DNA of 63,864 bases, the filler included, from Octopus bimaculoides (taxonomy: Eukaryota), in assembly GCF_001194135.2 (NCBI RefSeq). It is 5 parts of 5 records of this genome, joined end to end, with 100 filler letters (N's around TTAATTAATTAA, not from the genome) between each part and the next. Parts side by side here need not be neighbours in the genome. Positions count along the whole stretch, not along the records: positions 1 to 30,447 come from NC_068984.1; positions 30,548 to 55,495 come from NC_068986.1; 3 more parts are not named here. One strand, written 5' to 3'. The notes under the pieces are model-generated. The model did no database searches, was not told where the DNA came from, and worked only from the letters and a program-made list of their open reading frames with translations. This document shows, one piece after another, positions 24,505 to 36,529 of the stretch; position 1 is the first letter of the stretch; the number at the start of each line of letters is the position of its first letter. The position numbers were made by a program, and so were the translations under genes.

Positions 24505-25684
24505 ATGTGAGTGAGAGTGTGTAAGTTGGGTGAGTGTTTGAGTGAATGTAAGCCTGCATGAATATGTGTATGTTTATAGGAGTGTGTCTGAGTATATGTA
24601 TGTAATTGTGTGTGAATGTATTTTTGAGTATGTGTTTGAGTATGTTTGGGATGTGAGAGGAAAAGAGAAAAATATTATGCGTGTGTGTGTGTGCATGCAT
24701 TTCTGTGTGGGTGTGTGTGTGGGCATGCATGTGTGCATGCATGGGTGTGCGTGTGTGGGTGTGTATGTGCAAGTGTGTGTGCATGTGTGTGGATGCATGT
24801 GTGTGTGCAGGTGTATAAGCATGCATGTAAGCACAGCTAATCTGTTCTCAAGACACATTGCAGATGTTTGCTGCGTAACATTTTGATTTTAACAGTATTA
24901 GGCACATCAGAGACAAATCTGCTTTAAAACATGATGTTAGCCTGTTACAAATCAAGTTTTCCAAAAAGCTTTGGTAACTATTCTGAAGTAAATAGTATTT
25001 AGTCTTGGCCAGAGATGCAAAATAACACCTGCAGTAGAATACAAATTCATCTAATTTATATACTGAAGTATCTTCATCTCTAGTTATTTCGTTATAATGA
25101 AATGACCTACAATATGTTTCTAACAACAACAGCATGTGTAGTACTTGTGGAGGTGTGTGGCTGAGAGGTTAGGGTAATCAGCTGACGGTTGTAAGACCAT
25201 GAGTTTGATTCCCAGCAGCACTTTATGTCTATGAGCAAGGCACATTGCTACAGTTCACTCAGTTGTCAAAAATGAGTAACAGCTGTATTTCAAAGGGCCA
25301 GGTCTTCTTACATCATGCCACACCAAATCTCTCTGGAAACTACCTTAAGAGTATGAATGTCTGTAGAGTGCTCAGTCACTTGCACATTAATTTCATAAGC
25401 TGGCTGTTTTGTTGATTGGGTCAACTGGAACCCTTGTCATCTTAACCAACAGAGTGCCAATTTATGTGTAATGCAATTCCTTTCGGCGGTTATCATACTT
25501 TTTCTTTTGATTGTTGCTTTATATTAATTTAGTTACAACTAAGTGCTAACATGCTATCTTAAAGATAGCAAATTGGACGTGATATGGGCTTTTATATTTG
25601 GAGGTTTGTTTTCACATGAAGGTGATAGGGTGACAAACTTTTTATTATACTTTTTCAGCCATTATCTAACAAACATACAAACTG

Positions 25685-25741
<57 letters not shown>

Positions 25742-26419
25742 CTATCTCTATACTATTTCATCTGCTCCATTTCTATATAATTTCAGTGAATCAGTAAACT
25801 CTATCCAAAAAAAATCAATATATTGAAACTGACACTTGTGTGTATGTATATGGTTATGTATATGTGTATAGATATGTGTGTAGATAAGCATGTAGGCATG
25901 TGGTATACACACGCATACACACACGCATACACACACCTGTATATTTATTTACATATTGCATGCAGAAACATACATAACCACAAATATAAACATAAACATA
26001 AACATGTGTTAGTTGGGTGAGTCTGTGTGTTTGTGTATGCATGTAGGTATGTATATGTGTGTCTGTAAGTGCATATCTATGTATGTATACATGTATGTAG
26101 ATATGGATATTTTTGTGTGTGTATGTGCGTGCGCAAATTGTTGCAGGATACACTCACAAACTTAGATGTTTCAGTGACATTAATTCCACCATTTTGATAG
26201 GATTGTGTAATTTGGTCTTCACTGATGGTAAATTCAAAATGATAATGATGGTGGTGGTGGTGGTGGTGGTGGTGGTGGTGGTGGTGGTGGTGATGATGAT
26301 GATGATGAAGATGATGATGATGAGGATGAGGATGAGGATGAGGATGATGATGAGGATGAACAGCAACAAAGGAGGAAAAAAAGTAGGCCAAATGGAAGGA
26401 AAGAAAAATTTGGAAGTGA

Positions 26420-26467
<48 letters not shown>

Positions 26468-26947
26468 AAAGGGACTAATTGGGGAAAGAGACCAACAAAA
26501 CAATAAAGAATAATAATAGAGAAGACACTAAAACAAGCTAAAATCAGTATTTAGCGATAACATTATCGATGTATACATTGTTGTATGGTTAAGAAGTTTA
26601 CTTCACAATAATATACTTCTGGGTTCAATCCCAACTACCTAACACCTTGAGCATGTTTTTTTTCCATAACCTTCTGAATGAAATTTGGTAAATGGAAACT
26701 ATCTGGAAGTCTGTGAGAAGGACTGTTCTTGTTTAGAGATGGTAGGTTTAATCCCATCAGCTGGTTTAGTGCCATTGTCACGTGCCCAGGTCCATCTAGT
26801 AGAGTACGCTCTGTTGCAAGCATTTAAACTAGATTTCTGGTCTCAGAAAAATTTCTTCAGTACAGGCCCTGAAAGGGTCGTCTAAATGATCCTTTTGCTG
26901 AGTAAACTATACAAAAAAAAACTTGAATCAAATTTTTAAAATTAAAC

Positions 26948-27103
26948 AGGCATGACTGTATGGTAAAATGCTTGCTTCCCAACTGCATGGTTATGAGTTC
27001 AGTCCCACTGCATGGCACCTTGGGCAAGTACCTTCTACTATAGCCTTGGGCCAACCAAAGCCTTGTGAGTGGATTTGATAGATGGAAACTGAAAGAAGCC
27101 TTT

Positions 27104-27134
<31 letters not shown>

Positions 27135-27330
27135 CCTATCACTGCTTGACAACTGGTGCAGATGTCTTTACATCCCCATAACTTAGCAGTTCAGCAGAAG
27201 AGACCAATAGAATAAGTACTAGGCTTTAAAATGTAAGTCCTGGAGTTGATTTATTCAACTAAAGCCCTTCAAGGTGGTGCCCCAGCATAGCCACACCCAA
27301 ATAACTGAAACAAGTAAAAGATAAAAGATT
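26948..27330 (+). mobile_element. SINE family A
   Basis: Full head, (TG)n and tail; ends ~40 bp from the donor of exon 27369-27565. Confidence 0.85.
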
Positions 27331-27368
27331 AAAAAAAAAAAAGAAAGAAAGAAAAAGACATCACTCAC

Positions 27369-27565
27369 CTTCTGCATCTATTAGCCGAGGAATTCCAAGT
27401 TGGACTTCAGCAGTGGAGAAAGCATACTCTAGATTGACTTTGGCCGGTTGTCGTTTCGTTCGTTCTAAATCTACCAAATCTGGACGGATGTTGTGTATCA
27501 TGGCATTAAAAGCAACTCCATCTCGCCAACTCTTCCCAAAGTCTGTCACCGGGATACCATAATGC
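27369..27565 (-). CDS. SYNE1: Nesprin-1-like exon, CH2 domain core (HYGIPVTDFGKSWRDGVAFNAMIHNIRPDLVDL...LGIPRLIDAE)
   Basis: TTTTCAG acceptor and G|GTGAGT donor; 197 nt, phase 2 to 1. DFGKSWRxGVAF...IRPxLVDL...LGIPRL is the nesprin-type CH2 signature. Confidence 0.95.
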
Positions 27566-27699
27566 CTGAAAATAAAAACAGCCAGAACATTAATTAGGAA
27601 ATAAAGCTGTGTTCATAGACATCAGGTTAATTGTCATTGTTAATAATCTGCTGTAGGTATCAATGTATGCTGTATTACAGTTATATTATATTATGTTAA

Positions 27700-28086
27700 G
27701 TAGAGGCACAATGGCCCAGTGGTTAGGGCAGCGGACTCGCGGTTTAGGATCGCGGTTTCGATTCCCAGACCGGGCGTTGTGAGTGTTTATTGAGCAAAAA
27801 CACCTAAAGCTCCATGAGGCTCCGGCAGGGGATGGTGGCGAACCCTGCTGTACTCTTTCACCACAACTTTCTCTCACTCTTACTTCCTGTTTCTGTTGTG
27901 CCTGTAATTCAAAGGGTCAGCCTTGTCACACTGTGTCATGCTGAATATCCCCGAGAACTACGTTAAGGGTACACGTGTCTGTGGAGTGCTCAGGCACTTG
28001 CACATTAATTTCATGAGCAGGCTGTTCCGTTGATCGGATCAACTGGAACCCTCGACGTCGTAAGGGACGGAGTGCCAACAACAACA
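27700..28086 (+). mobile_element. SINE family B, full length
   Basis: Highly similar to 16279-16657; degenerate relatives at ~25150-25460. Confidence 0.9.
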
Positions 28087-28219
28087 TATAGTATGTTATA
28101 CAGTATTGCTTATTAGGGTGGTATGCAGTGGTATAGTAAGGTGCACCAGGGTAGTATGGACAAAACTATCAAGCTCGTGGAAGAATGAAAAAATCTACCT
28201 ATATGATGAAACAGTGTTG

Positions 28220-28440
28220 TCGATGGTAATGATGATGATAATGGTAGTGACAACAAAGACAATGATGATGGTGGTAATGGTGGTGATGATGGTGGTAATG
28301 GTGGTGGTGGTGGTAGTAATTGTGGTGGTGGTGGTGGTGGTGGTGGTGGTGGTGGTGGTAATGGTGGTGGTGGTAGTGGTAATGGTGGTGGTGGTATTGA
28401 TGATGTTGATCAGAAGGTGGTGGTGGTGGTGGTGGTTGGG
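28220..28440. repeat. (GGT/GAT)n degenerate trinucleotide repeat; similar at 26245-26360 and 20195-20310
   Basis: Read directly from the sequence. Confidence 0.9.
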
Positions 28441-29226
28441 GACACGACAATGATGATTTGTAATAAGGTTGATGGAAAATTTCAGATTAAGGAGGATGAC
28501 ACACGGCTTTAAAATTTGGTCTAAAAATGACATATCTGTGTAAGCACGTGTGAATGCAAAAATTATATACAACACACACACACACACACACATATATACT
28601 GCACTGTTATGCAAATTAGGGCAGATGACTTTAATTCTATCCATGTTTGTGTACACTATAAATAGAAGCTACTAATCATGCTGTAATCAGGAAATAAGTT
28701 ACCAATCTCTGATGAAGCAGTAATAAGCACTGAAACTAATCAGGTTCTTTTCACTTTTTTTTTTTTTTTTTGCCATACACATAACAAACGTGGTTTTACA
28801 AGCTTCTACTTTTCACAAGAAAGATACATATGTCTGTTTACTAGAAACACCATATTTCAGTAAATTAACTTTACAAGTATGGGCGTGTGTATATGCATAT
28901 GTATATATATATGGGACTAAGAAAGGCATCTAGTCATAGAAACATTGCCAAAGCATACACTGTAGACCAACGCAGTACTCAGGATAATCAGATCCTGTCA
29001 GACTGCCCAATCCATGTCAGCATAGAATACAGGCATCAAAAGATAATTTTGATGATGATGATGATGTTGATGTGTGTGTGTGTGTGTGCGCGCAATTAAA
29101 AAGATGGCACATGAAGACAACAAAGAATTCTACATGTAAAATGAAGACACAGCATAAACAGACAAATGACAACCACCGATGGGATTACACTTGTATGCAT
29201 ATTGATGATGAGAGATGGTTTATTAC

Positions 29227-29351
29227 TTTGTAACTGCATTGGTTGTCCAATTAAGTAAGGCTTTCTTTACACTTTCTTTCGGTCCCTTCTTCACAGCTGG
29301 CGCTCCATCAGCAGTTTCTTGTGATTGGGTTTGTTCTGTTATTTGTTCAAT
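29227..29351 (-). CDS. SYNE1: Nesprin-1-like exon, CH1-CH2 linker (IEQITEQTQSQETADGAPAVKKGPKESVKKALLNWTTNAVTK)
   Basis: TTTTTTAG acceptor and AA|GTAATA donor; 125 nt, phase 0 to 2, open. KKALLNW marks the start of CH2; joins the next exon in frame (AA|G = Lys). Confidence 0.9.
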
Positions 29352-30548
29352 CTAAAAAATAGGATATTTCAAATAAAAAGATATAAAACTGCATGGGTTT
29401 TACTGGAGAATGCAATAAAGAGTACAAGAGCAATACCTTCAAAAGGAAACATCAGATAGTTTGACTCCATCTTGTATGTTTAGCTATTAAAATCACCAAC
29501 ATTATTTTCATCATTCAGTAAAAGGAAAAAGGGTAGCCCTTATGGCATTTTTTATGCTTCCAAGAGGAATTTGTCTACAGACTGGAAACCTAGACTGGAT
29601 GTGGCAACATCATGGCTTCTGCTAAATACATCCAAGATCCCTATAGTGGTGTTAAACTGAGCAACTAATTAAGTCTATCTTTACTAACTAACTGGTACTC
29701 CATCAGTTGCGATGATGAGGATTCCAGTTGATCCAGTAAACGGAACATTATCACATTCACACTAAACCACAACCGACATCATCTTATATCAATTAATACC
29801 AACGTCCAACCATACCCATCACCACTCTGGATTGCTACCAGACTTCTACAGTTGTATTACCAAAACAAGTCAGTCCTTGACTTGGTAGAACTATCAACTA
29901 AACAAATATGATTATTACAAACAACGTATTGCGAGCCTCAATCTGCTTGAAATAGCAACCAAATCCACCTCCAAATCACACCATGCATTGAGAGTGTGGG
30001 CCTGGATCCAACAATAAGGGGTGGTCATGGTTGAAACTCTTTTGATCATTGGCCTGTTCAAATAGCACTGATCTGGGCCCAACAACAAGCCACAAAGAAA
30101 CCAGCCTTTATAATTGAATGAAAACTTTCCAACAATAAAACAAAATTTATAATATTACAGGCACAAGATGATTTTCCATATATGTATAAAGATATTCAGA
30201 TTCATACTCTGAGGTGGACCTAGTCATTTCATGAGGAAAATAAGTAGCACACAAAGCAATTGGGTCAATCATCATCATCGTTTAACGTCCGCTTTCCATG
30301 CTAGCATGGGTTGGACGATTTGACTGAGGACTGGTGAAACCGGATGGCAACACCAGGCTCCAGTCTGATTTGGCAGAGTTTCTACAGCTGGATGCCCTTC
30401 CTAACGCCAACCACTCAGAGAGTGTAGTGGGTGCTTTTACGTGTCACNNNNNNNNNNNNNNNNNNNNNNNNNNNNNNNNNNNNNNNNNNNNTTAATTAAT
30501 TAANNNNNNNNNNNNNNNNNNNNNNNNNNNNNNNNNNNNNNNNNNNNA

Positions 30549-30795
30549 TCATAGTAGGTGCCTTAGGTATAATAAAAAAATATTCATACAAATACATAAC
30601 AAAAACACCAGGACTTACAAATATATATAACATACAGAAAATTGCACTACTGGGCACTGCACACATCCTACGCAAAACACTTTCAATACAGTAACCATAA
30701 GAGCACCACAGCAAACCACAGCACGTACCTAAGGCGCACAGAGCTGCGCTCGGTTATGAAGTGAAAGCACGTTATAAAAATAAAACTACTGAACA
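30549..30795 (+). mobile_element. Dong/R4-like non-LTR retrotransposon 3' end (copy A; 5' side lost in an N gap)
   Basis: IIVGALGIIKK...NIQKIALLGTAHILRKTLSIQ* followed by a short 3' UTR ending at (AAT)n. Confidence 0.75.
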
Positions 30796-30809
30796 ATAAT
30801 AATAATAAT

Positions 30810-31836
30810 TGAAGGAAATGCGCCAACTGCTGCTGCAAAGAAAATAAAATTAACTGCAAAGGCAAAAGCACATGAAAAATTAGCTAGCAGATGGGAACGG
30901 AAACCTCTGCACGGCAAGTATGTGGTCCGTAGCAAACAAACTGATGTCGACCAGAAACACACGCATCAATGGTTACGAAGCTCAGGGCTAAAAGCAGAGA
31001 GTGAAGGTTTCACATTAGTTGATCAAGACCAAAGCTTATTAACCCGGAACTACTAAGCCAATATGATAAAAAATGGAGCTGACCCACAATGCCGATTCTG
31101 TAACGATGAGATTGAAACTATAGACCACCTAATCTCAGGATGTAGAGTCTTAGCACCTGTAAAATATAAAGCAAGACATGACAGAGTCGGCCAGTATTTA
31201 CACTGGACAATATGTCGGCATTATAAAATCAAAACCGCTGACAAATGGTATAAGCACCACCCTGAAGCTGTGATTAAGGGAGAAAATGTGCCGATTCTCT
31301 GGGACTTCCCCGTACATACCGACAAAACTATAAAAGCTAATAAACCGGATATTATTATAAAAGATCAGACAAAAAAGATGTGTTTATTAATTGACATGAG
31401 TATTCCTTGCGATCACAGTATAGCAGCGAAAGAATTTGACAAGATCAGTAAATATAAAGACTTGCTAATAGAAATTGAAAAAAAATGTGGCATCTCAAGG
31501 TGACTACTGTACCAGTGATTGTATGATCTTTAGGAATGATAAAAAATGGCACTGAAACCTATTTGAAAATGATACCAGGCCTACCATCCCTACAGGAAGT
31601 GCAAAAAATCGTGTTAACTGGAACGACTCATGTACTGAGAAGAGCATTAACGCTGAGCAAACAACATCCATTCATGAATTTATTTATTTATTAATTTTCT
31701 AACTTACATATTTTACCTGTGAATTTGCATGTGTAAACTGAGAATGCATACAATGAGCTTCTCTGCCCTAGGTGTACGGAAAACGCTCGGCGAGAAATGG
31801 AAGAAAATTTGAAGAAAGAAGAAAAAAAAATCAACA
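30810..31836 (+). mobile_element. Dong/R4-like non-LTR retrotransposon 3' fragment (copy B): CCHC knuckle and restriction-like endonuclease; degenerate
   Basis: KPLHGKY...WL..SGLKAESEGF...QDQ, CRFC..EIETIDHLISGC, RHDRV, LWDF..HTDKTIKANKPDII, IDMSIP.D, KISKYKDL. One in-frame TAA at 31054 and a frameshift in the A-run near 31480. (AAT)n on both sides. Confidence 0.88.
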
Positions 31837-32215
31837 TAATAATAATAATAATATTGTTGTACTTGGGGATGGTCATATTGCCAGTTTAGCCAATAAAAAC
31901 ACACGCGCTGTATATTTGGTGTTAATTTGCTTCAACTTTATATTGCATTATATTACATTAATCGTATTTCGGCCAGAGTTCTTTCGTCACACTTCTGTGA
32001 CCTCATCATCTTTTTACTATAAACACAAGGCCTGAAATTTTAGGGGCTAGTCGACTACATCGATCCCAGTACTCAACTAGTACTTATTTTATCGACCCTG
32101 AAAGGTTGAAAAGTGAAATCCACCTCGGTGGAATTTGAACTTAGAACGTAAAGACAGACGAAATATCGATAAGTATTTTGCCCGGCGTGCTTACTGTTCT
32201 ATCAGCTCGCTGCCT

Positions 32216-32248
32216 TAATAATAATAACAATAATAATAATAATAATGA

Positions 32249-32313
<65 letters not shown>

Positions 32314-32926
32314 ATAATAATAATAATAATAATGATAATAATAATATGCCAGGCAGTGGCTCTCATGGCTTTTGATCTTAACTGATTGGTAGTGTTATCA
32401 TGTATATTGTTTTGTCTTGGTATAAAAGGTGGGTACAGCAAATATTCTGCTTAGTAATCAGTTGAGCATGTCCCTTAATGGCTGACGATATTTGCATCTC
32501 TGATCACGAGCAAAAGTAGTAGGGGAGCATCATAGCCATGTGCTGAGAGGAATTCTTGGGGTCAGTAGATGAGCATAAATAACTTGTATGCCCTACCATG
32601 CTTTTATATCTGTCTGAAATATGCAAACAGTACTGTCGATATCTAAAAGTTGAGAATGTTTTATTCATCACCTTTAAAGAAACCTTGTTCAGGGACCTTT
32701 AGCGGGGTGGGCTACTAGACCCGAAGAAAATTCTAACTGGGCCCCGCCTGCAAGCTCATGCGCTGTTTATTTTAATATAAGATCACTATATTGCGCACAT
32801 GTGGTTGTGTTGCATGTGACTTGTATATCCTTATCAACCAAGTAGTCATGATGAGTATATTGGACTTCACATATTTTACCTCAGTGTCACTTTTATGCGC
32901 TGCTCTTTCACTCAATAATAATAATG

Positions 32927-33000
<74 letters not shown>

Positions 33001-33002
33001 TA
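32216..33002. repeat. (AAT)n/(TAG)n microsatellite cluster (32216-32345 and 32914-33002) enclosing an AAT-flanked repeat fragment
   Basis: Read directly from the sequence. Confidence 0.85.
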
Positions 33003-34742
33003 AAGTAGAGGGTCAAAGACTTGGAGGAGTGTGTCGATTAAATTAGTACTAGTAATTTATCAACTTTGGGAGAAAGAAAAATGAACCTGATCTCGCCAGC
33101 ATTTGAACTCGACGTAAAGTGATGTAGCTAAATGCCGAAAAACATTTAAACAAAAAAAAACACTCTAGCGTTACTGCCACTCACTGCTTTCAGAAGAATC
33201 ACACATGGTGAATAAAACATTCTCAACTTTTAGATATCGACAGTACTGTTTGCATATTTCAGACAGATATAAAAGCATGGTAGGGCATACAAGTTATTTA
33301 TGCTCATCTACTGACATTTTACTTATGTATGAGCTTTAAATCTTGATCTAGGCAAAAAACTTTCCCAAAGCTATGTTTTTATATGTATAGCTACATATGC
33401 TTTATATATTCATTGAGTTTATTTTTGGATCTGAGGAAGTCTCGACAAACAGTAGCTACACAAAGAATTAATAATATGCATTCGATAGACCGACAGTCAC
33501 TCACATACATACATACATACATACATACATACATACATACATACATACATACTTATATATGTATATATTTATATGTATCTATATGCGTGTATGCATGTGT
33601 ATGTTTACATATGTGTGTATATATGCATATACATATATGCATATTGTCATAATACAGGCACATACATGTATGTATATATATGAGTGTATATATATTTATA
33701 TATATAGAAATATGTGTGTGGATATGTATATAGAGACACACACACATATGTATATTTCCTTCATTTGATTTATATATGTATATACATACATATATGCATA
33801 CATATATTTATATATGTATATGCATTCATTCATGAAATCGCAAATATACACACATATATGTGTACAAATGTGTGAATAGATTTAAATACACACGCATACA
33901 TGTGTACATACGGAGGTATGTGTGTGTATTTGTATATGTGCCAGATGTAGTAAGCATTTTGTATGCATTTGATTTCACATTTGCACATAAATTCATCGCT
34001 CTCTTTCTCTTTCTAAACATTACTTCCCCACTTTCCTTTTGCTTTCTGTCTCTTTCTATGCCTGATGTGTATATAGAAGCAATGACCCAAGCACTCTGTT
34101 GCAATCTTCCAGAGTAAACCGGCACCAAGCGGTTTTATCGTGATCATCTGGTTTCTACTAAGTAATACATAAATCCTAAAAGCAAGCCATCACAACTATT
34201 GATACTCAATCCATTGCCAACAGCATCAAAAAGAAATAAGCAACAACAACAATAACAGGAAACAACACAAGAATAACAAGAATAACTAAATATAAAATAA
34301 TAGTAAGAAAAAAGGAACTAGAAAACAAAACGAGATCAGAAATAAGAAAACTTACATCAGCAACAAAATTGCATTCACAGGAAAACAACCACAAACAGCT
34401 ACAGAATTAGCATTGAAGTGACAACAACAAGAATTACAGCATCAGTACTGAATCCATAACAATAACTACTAGAAATATCAACCGAGCAACAGAGAAAGCA
34501 AGAAAACGGTAAATATATATTGGATTCAATGTTTTGCACAAGGCCAGCAATTTTGGGGAAGTGGGTAAGTCGATTATTCGTCCCTAGTGCTCAGCCGGTA
34601 CATATTTTATCGACCCCGTAAAGCTGAAAGGCGAAGTCAACTGCAGCAGCATTTGAACTCAGAAGGTAAAGACAGACGAAGTACCGTTAAGTATTTTGCC
34701 GGGCGTCAAGCGATTCTGCCCTCTCGCCGCCCTACAGTAAAT

Positions 34743-35606
34743 ACACTGGGTGGGTGGAAAGTAGCTAGGCATTAGAAATTGCTTATAGAATATTTAGTAT
34801 CACTGAAGTCATGACAAAACATTTTTTAATCAGACAACACTAATGAGATTTTTTTATTTTCTTATTGTTTTATTTCTTATTTTCTAGATGGCCAGTCGCT
34901 TGACTGTTCAAGAGCGAGCTAAGATAGCAGCACGCTATGAAGTGTGGAATTCCGTTGTTTTGGTTCAGAAATAGTGGCGTGATTGGAAAGGTAAGCAACA
35001 CTGCGTCCGGAGACAATAAAAAGTTGTCATGCAAAGCTGATGACCACGGGCTCTCTGAACGATGCAAGAAGTGGCCGTCAAACCACGTCCCGATCAGCGG
35101 AGAACGTGGCAACAGTACAAATGCTTAATCGTAGCCCTCAAAAATCAACACGTCAAGCAACTCGTGAAAGTGGACTAATGTACGGTGTTGCATAAAGAAT
35201 TGAATTTTCGTCTGTGGAAACCCCATTACATGCAGGAGCTAAAACCTGAAGACTGTGACAGCAGAATGGAATATGAAGAGTTAATACTAGGTTGGTATGA
35301 AGATTGGCCTGAATTGTTTGAAAACATCCACTGGAGTGATGAGGCTGGGATGTTATCATACCAATCGCACACTGGAGGACTTGGAGACACGGATTCAGTA
35401 GATTCTCAATGATATCCCAAACGACGTCCCTCGCCGTTTGAGGAAACTGGTTGACACCACCGGTGCTTACAATGAAATATAAAGATTTAATTTCATTTTC
35501 CCATGTAATAAAGAACATGTATCACTTGTTTCAATAAATTTGTAAAAGGAATATGAATTTTATTACCCATTTTTAATGCCTACTTACTTTTCACCTACCC
35601 TGGATA
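34743..35606 (+). mobile_element. Tc1/mariner-type DNA transposon remnant with TIRs, internally deleted
   Basis: MASRLTVQERAKIAARYEVWNSVV.VQ N-terminal HTH-like segment, then WKPHYMQELKPEDCDSRMEY...IHWSDEA (first catalytic Asp). Imperfect ~30-bp TIRs (CAGGGTAGGTGAAAAGTAAGTAGGCATT-like) at both ends. Confidence 0.8.
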
Positions 35607-36412
35607 TTGCATTAAAGACGATATAAACCGACGAAAACAACAACAACAATAGTAACAATAATTCTTTCAAATTCTGGTACAAAGCCAGAAATTCTGAGTC
35701 GTGGGACAAATTTATTATAAAACGTTTTTTCTGACTCTCTATCGATTCTGCCAGTTCACTGCCTTGATAATAATCCTTTCTACTATGGGCACAAGGCCTG
35801 ATATTTTGAGGGCGAAGGATCGTTGATAACGTAAACCACAGGGTTTAACTGGTAGTTACTTCATCGACCCTCAAAGGATGAAAGGCAAAGTCAATCTCGG
35901 CGGAATTTGATCTCAGAACGTAAAGACGGATGCAATAGCGCTAAACATTATGTCTGGGAAAACTAACGATCCAGCAAACATGCTGCCTTGATGATGATGG
36001 GGAGGAGAACGATGACCAAAGACACTACTGCACTGCAGACCCCGAACATATATGCACGTTGCATTGATGCACACCCTTATCTCTTCTCCCCCTCTCTCTC
36101 TACCTCACAGCGTCGGTATTTATTCAGTATCTCTGCGCTCTGAGTTCAAATTCTGTCAAAAGTTAAACTTTACCTTTCAGCCTTTCGGTATCAATAAATG
36201 AAAGTATCGTCATGGAGTGGTAAATTGGCAGGATATTTGAGCATCGGACAAAATGCTTCAAATCTCACCTCTGTAATTTAGAAAATCCTAAAAAACATTA
36301 TTTACTCCGTAGCCAGAAGGAAACAGGTCCTTTGAAGCCTTGGGAAAAAGGTCATAGGCTTGAAAAGTCATCAAGTACAGTAAATGCCAAGTTATTTCAG
36401 TTAATCACTCAC

Positions 36413-36529
36413 AAGCCCAGTAGGCAGCCGATTGACAGAGTCTTTAGTGTATCGGTTAATTTGCTTTGAGACAATCGTTCCGGCTCTTTGCACTATGTGT
36501 TGAAATCCTGATGAGATAGATTTTGTCAT
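36413..36529 (-). CDS. Candidate alternative first coding exon of the nesprin-like gene (MTKSISSGFQHIVQRAGTIVSKQINRYTKDSVNRLPTGL)
   Basis: ATG at 36529, 39 open codons, strong CTT|GTGAGT donor at 36412 in phase 0, matching the phase-0 acceptor at 29351. Lies in non-repetitive sequence. No homology support available. Confidence 0.45.

Noticed and set aside
24848-25135. 95-aa minus-strand ORF between the two CH2 exons
   Set aside because: The CH2 exons join seamlessly without it, and it has no convincing splice sites or motif.
30492-30503. TTAATTAATTAA 12-mer centred in N runs (also at ~55540, ~59270 and ~62640)
   Set aside because: An identical spacer flanked by Ns on both sides is an assembly gap marker, not biological sequence.
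34206-34394. Hydrophobic minus-strand ORF with an internal GAT|GTAAGT donor at ~34355
   Set aside because: The frame is closed by a TAA shortly upstream, there is no ATG, the acceptor is weak, and the sequence is low-complexity (CAA-rich on the plus strand).
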